A stretch of 51,679 nt of DNA, counting the filler, from Jimgerdemannia flammicorona (taxonomy: Eukaryota): NCBI GenBank assembly GCA_003990765.1. It is 2 parts of 2 records of this genome, joined end to end, with 100 filler letters (N's around TTAATTAATTAA, not from the genome) between each part and the next. Parts side by side here need not be neighbours in the genome. Positions count along the whole stretch, not along the records: positions 25,891 to 51,679 come from RBNJ01000795.1; 1 more part is not named here. The stretch is one strand, 5' to 3'. Positions 46,701-51,679 of the stretch are shown in pieces; the first letter of the stretch is position 1; every line of letters begins with the position of its first letter. Below the pieces are notes generated by a model. That model worked only from the letters and a program-made list of their open reading frames with translations. It was not told the origin of the DNA and ran no database searches. Both the position numbers and the translations under genes were made by a program.

Positions 46701-49486
46701 GAAATTCCACAGATCAGCTTCATCTAACAGAGAGGAGTTCAGATATATCCAGGTCTCTCCCCACTTCTTCTAAACCTCCCTCTACCCTGGACACTCTAAT
46801 AATCTAATCAGGGGTACCATTCCATCTCCACCCTCTCCCAGACCATCTCTCCCTAGCACTCAGCAGTCAAAATCCAATCAATTCTAGAGCCTAGCCCTCC
46901 TGCTCAATATATATATCTGGTAGTCACTACTCTATAGTCTCACAGTATCTATCAGAGCACCAAGCCTCTCAATCTCCTTCTAGTCCTCTATTCCTCCACT
47001 TCTCCCTGATATCCCCCTTCCTCCATCAGTTCTGTCTAGTCTGCCATCCTGGACTATATTAAAGTCCCCACCCAGACAGTCCACTCCAGCCCCTACCAGA
47101 GCCCCAAAGTCCTGCAATCTCTATATCTATTTCACCCTGGCCCTTCTCTCTGCCAAATAGTAATAAGAATCTACAACTATGTTGCCCCAGCCTGGCCTCT
47201 GCCATGACCCTCATATCAATCTGCTTCTCTAATATCCAATGTCTCCAATATTCTCCTTCCCCTTCCTAACTAATATTTCCACCTTTTTCTACCATATTGC
47301 TCCCCCACCCCCCCCCCCCCACTCTCTTGTCTATTCCAATCTGTCAATCTCTACCTTATACTGTATATTCTAAAGTAGAAATACATCAGTATCTAGTTTC
47401 CTCAGCCAGCCAAAGATATTGCAATATCTCCCTGCCCCCTGAAGTCTATTAACATTTATAGAGAATATGTTAGTTGTATGTTCATGATAAATAATATTAT
47501 AGAGGTATGAAGCTACTCTATAATTCTATACTCATATTCTCTCCTGCCAAATCCAAGTTCCACTCAGTCTTGACCTCTGCCTCCAATCCCTACTGTTCAT
47601 CTAGAGCTATCAATAACTCTATATAATCCTCTCTATTCACTATTTCCATAGATGTATGGTACTTCTCACACACTATCTACCATTTTATCAGTCTGTTCCT
47701 TAGTCCCCATAGATATACTGCCTGATTATTTACAATATCCAGAAGAGTTGCCACTTAGGCCACATCTATCTCATATTTCTTCTTCTCTAATAGTGCTGCT
47801 ATTATCTCATCTCTCAGCTTCCTCACCACCCCCTTACCTCACAGTACTTCTCCTCAGAAGACCTCACTGATCACTTGAAAGTCCACCTCACCCAACTCCT
47901 CTACCACTACATTCATCATTATCTTCTACAGCCACTTCTCTCCACCAACTGTCTTCTTCTCTCAGGCTGTCTCCTGCTCTCCAGCTCCACTGCTCTCCCC
48001 CTCCTTAGTCCTTCTAGATTCATCTCATCTATCCTCTGATATATCCTACAGCTCCTTCTTCCCAATATCAGATACTCCATACTGAATTAAAACACCCTCT
48101 ACTATCTATATATCTGCTATCACCACCTCTAACTCTGGACTCTTTGCTCTCTCCTGGCTCTCTCTCTGCTGCCCTATTCTGGCCCATATGTTAGCCCTTA
48201 CACCCTCTCCACTAGCTACCTTGGTCCCCTTTGGGGCCCCTTTCAGACTTACCAACAACTCCTTCTGTGCCTTCCTCCCTTGAGTCTTTTCTTAGAGAGT
48301 CCAGTCTATCTACACCTTCTTGCTATTGACAACCTCAACCACCATTTTAGCCTCATACTTCTTCCAAGTTTTCTGCCTCTTCTCAAACACCTCCACTGTA
48401 TTTTCTAGTATCTCTAGTAGGTCCTCCTCCTCTTCCAGCATTTCTATTACCCTTAATATCTTATATTCTATAGGTTCCCACCTCAGTACTACTGGCCAGT
48501 CCCTTTCTTTCTCAGTATTCTCCTTCTCTACCAGTTTTACTTTGATATCTATATCTCTAGTCCTGAGCTCTATCTCCTCTCAGACTTGATAAACTCCTTG
48601 ACTGTATCCACCATTAGTTGTCTCACCTTCTCTTTCTTGATAGTTAGTAGGTCTACCACCACTAGCTATACCATCTGGGGGTCTCAGTATATATATATCT
48701 TACTATCAGAACTACTACTCTCTCAATCTCCAGTCTCTTCTCCAAAGCCCCCAACAATAACTCCTCCCCCTCAAAGTCTATCTCCACTAACTTAAGCTTT
48801 TTCAAGAACTTTACTAAAGCTGCATCTTTCACTTCCTTTACCAAGAACCCCAGTACTATCTTTACCATCACCACTAAGCCTTAGAAGCACATTGTGACTA
48901 TAAATTTAGATCTCAACTTCTTAAGTAATGGTGTTACCACTAGCCCTATCATACTATCAGCAAGATTACTAGGCCTCATGCTCTTCTCACAACTCAGTCT
49001 ACTATCAGCAGTTCTATCTAGATTTTTTTCCAAATTGCCTGTCATACTTCCATCAGTAGTTACTTCTTTAGTTACTATACTACTAGCTCCACTATCTTAG
49101 CCTCTTAGAGAGACTCTCTCCTTCTTTTCTACAGCTACTTTCCCCTTCTCTAGCTCTAGCTATCTATCCAGTCTTATTATCTAAGCTCTCATCTTAACCT
49201 TATCAGTAAAGGTCAATCACTCTATTCTCTGCTATCTTATTCCATCTCTTTTACTACCACCAGCCCTCTGGCCTTATAGAGCAGTACTTGGTATCCCCAA
49301 ATCTGTATCTTGACCTCTTCTTACATACTGCTAGTCAAAGGTACTGGGGCTGCTCTGCCCTGTATGCTCCCTAGATTGCTCATTGCTTACTATATTATTA
49401 TTATCTTTTTATTAAAATTATTGATTAAAGTTTTATCTGAAGTTTGTATAACCTAAATATTACTGGAGAAAAAGGTGAACTGAGTG
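43763..49486 (-). mobile_element. L1/Tx1-like LINE copy D, full length, heavily mutated, inserted in the hAT transposase
   Basis: 17-bp TSD AACTT(A/G)GTAATAGCTAT at 43746-43762 and 49487-49503; short poly(A) (T-run to 43770); AATAAA; ORF2 ATG at 47485; VNWKVGTFTDD. Confidence 0.95.
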
Positions 49487-50189
49487 AACTTGGTAATAGC
49501 TATAGTTAGTATTAGGTAAATAATATTTAACTCTTCTGTATATTTTCAAATTTCTTGATCATTATTCTTCAATATATCTATTAGAAAGTTATAAATAGAA
49601 ACAGTAGAATAAATTATTGAATATTTATAATAAGTTATAAGATCTGTTATTTGTTTAAGATACTTTAGCATATTAATAATATCTTTTAGTATCTGCTAAG
49701 TATAGCCTTCTATAGTATATTTTTGCAAATCTTTATTAGCTATAACTGTTGAGATTAAAGATTATTAATAAATTAAATTATTTGATTATTTGAAGAAAAA
49801 ACTAAAAAATAAAAAAATTAAATATAATATAATCAGCTTACCTCTAATAATTCTAAGATCTATTCAACTATTAAATATATTGAATTCTATCAAGTTTTAA
49901 TATTCAAAATAAGTTTTTTAGATTGCAGACTTCAAAAGCTTTATATTATATAGTAAATCTCTCTCAATATTATAGTGATGACTAGATCTTAATAATAATT
50001 AATTGGAGCTTTGAAATTATTTCTCCAGAACCATTTTCACTCATATCATTATCAGCTTTTAAATAGACTAAAAAGTCTTGAACAGCTAAATTAATAATAT
50101 GAGTTAGATGGTATATATATTATATTAACTAATAGTTGAAGTTAGTATGATTAAACTCTGTTCTAATTATTTAAAAAAACATGGCATTG

Positions 50190-50340
50190 TTGAAACCCCA
50201 ACCTTTTTTAAAAACTCAACCTTTTTTAAAAACCCAACCTTTTTGAAAATCTGATCTTTTTCAAAAACCCAACTTTTTTTTTAAAAATCTAACCTTTTTT
50301 GAAAACCTAAACTTTTTAAAATATGATCTTTTTGAAAGAC
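50190..50340. repeat. ~20-bp tandem array AAAAACCCAACCTTTTT within the hAT transposase
   Basis: About seven degenerate units read directly from the sequence. Confidence 0.8.
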
Positions 50341-50950
50341 TTATTCTCTATATATCTTTGTCTATATATCAAAATCTCAAATATAGTTTATAAAGACACT
50401 AGTAAGATTTTTACCTAAATGAGATTCTGATAGCTTGACAAAATCAATTAATATATAGTTGAGTTACCAATTTTGACAAATTCAGTATATATTAATTTTA
50501 AGAAATGTATATATATTGGATAATATCTATGTATCAATAGTGAAGGATATTTGACCAAATCATTTTATTTTATCAAAATAAGATTAATTCAAAGCTATTC
50601 AATTTTGAGATATTTAAATTTATATTCAATATTAAAATATTAAATCTTATCTATAGTGTAATTTTGATGATATTATATTTTTATTAAAAGACCAGTCTAA
50701 TTTTATTTCATATAGTTCTAGCAGAAGGAATAGTAATATCCAGTTTCAGAAGATAAAAAAGATCTGCTTTGAATTCTTAATAACTATAAAAGGCTGACTA
50801 TTATAGATAATCTAGTAAATAAATTTATCTTAAAATAACTTTACAGAGAATCTTGACTATTTAGAGAATTATTAAGTAATAATAAATTAATAATAAGAAT
50901 AATAAAAAAAGAAAAAAAAGTAGATAAATTATATAAAAACCATATATTTG

Positions 50951-51008
<58 letters not shown>

Positions 51009-51679
51009 AAAAAAAAACATATATTTAAAAAAAAAAAAAAAAAAAAGACTCTATTACTTCTATTTGATAACTTTTATGAAATTTGTTGAAATATATCTAT
51101 AAATTTATTATTGAGCTACTAATAGCCTTATATGATACCTTATAATAGTTATATTTAATTTAAATATCTCTATTTTCCTTATACTTCTTTATAAACTCTT
51201 TCTAAATATCAGATTACTCTTGTATTTTCTTTTTTCTTTCTCAGATAAGATTATACTTATTGAAGCTATATCTGATACTGAGGCTGTTGTCATAGTATTC
51301 TCTATAAAGAGTATAAAAAGTATATCTGACATAAATACTTTGGAAGAGTATATATATGTGTATATTGTAAGTTATATTATATATATTTGGAATTATCATA
51401 TTTAGTTTTGAATTTTGAATTTGATTTGATTTGAATTGTGATGTGATTTAATTCAAATTGAATTAGACTCTAATTTGAATTAGTTCAAATCAAATTGGTC
51501 TTTAATTCAATTCAACTCAAATTGAATTAGCTCTCAATTTGATTCATTCTAAGCACTACTTATAACTTTAATATTTTAATTATAGTTTAGTAAAGTATAT
51601 CATTATTTATAATAATTATAAAATTTTTATTAATTGTATTTTATCTCTATTTTAGTTTTTTTTAGAGTTTTTTTTTTTT

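Larger units (their letters stand above)
41552..51558 (-). mobile_element. hAT DNA transposon, heavily mutated, interrupted by retroposon copy 2, LINE D and a repeat insert; left boundary uncertain
   Basis: Right end AAGCACTA (51558) with ATTTGA/TCAAAT subterminal repeats; BED finger remnant KYNYYK..SSSIINL*IYFNKFH (~51075-51160); SQPFIVI and ITIPSARTI (~50710-50800); THIINLAVQDF (~50075-50105); LILNIKT**NS (~49880-49910); dimerisation domain DFPNLAKMAYNYLTISVTSTLIERVFS...YMYLKA (41800-41965); candidate left end TAGTACTTCTG at 41552. Confidence 0.85.

Noticed and set aside
50951..51047. Long poly-A runs (also 27327-27361 and 41042-41131) as retroposon tails
   Set aside because: No associated element body or TSD; homopolymer expansions are common throughout the window, and these lie in probable introns or repeats

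Overview
Eukaryotic, almost certainly fungal, genomic DNA (Zn(II)2Cys6 gene, short GT-AG introns). An early-diverging/Mucoromycota-type host is my inference from the L1-type LINEs and gene style, and is not proven. The window has two sharply separated domains. (1) 1-~9,900 is CpG-rich. It holds an intact Zn2Cys6 gene, a small hypothetical gene with a spliced 5' leader, a GID4/Vid24-like pseudogene fragment, other exon-like remnants and small MITE/tandem repeats. (2) ~9,900-51,679 is a nested transposon graveyard, almost free of CpG and riddled with C->T/G->A changes at CpG and also CpA/TpG (RIP-like). It contains: a Ty3/Gypsy element with an unusual architecture (gag-protease-~430 aa unknown insert-dUTPase-RT-RNaseH-integrase plus an extra ORF before the 3' LTR); four L1/Tx1-like LINE copies, two fused tail-to-tail; three copies of a ~1.2 kb poly(A)-tailed non-autonomous retroposon sharing its 5' start motif with the LINE; a decayed hAT transposon and its MITE; and decayed intron-containing genes. 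An artificial N-TTAATTAATTAA-N linker at 25,791-25,890 means the two sides need not be adjacent in the genome.
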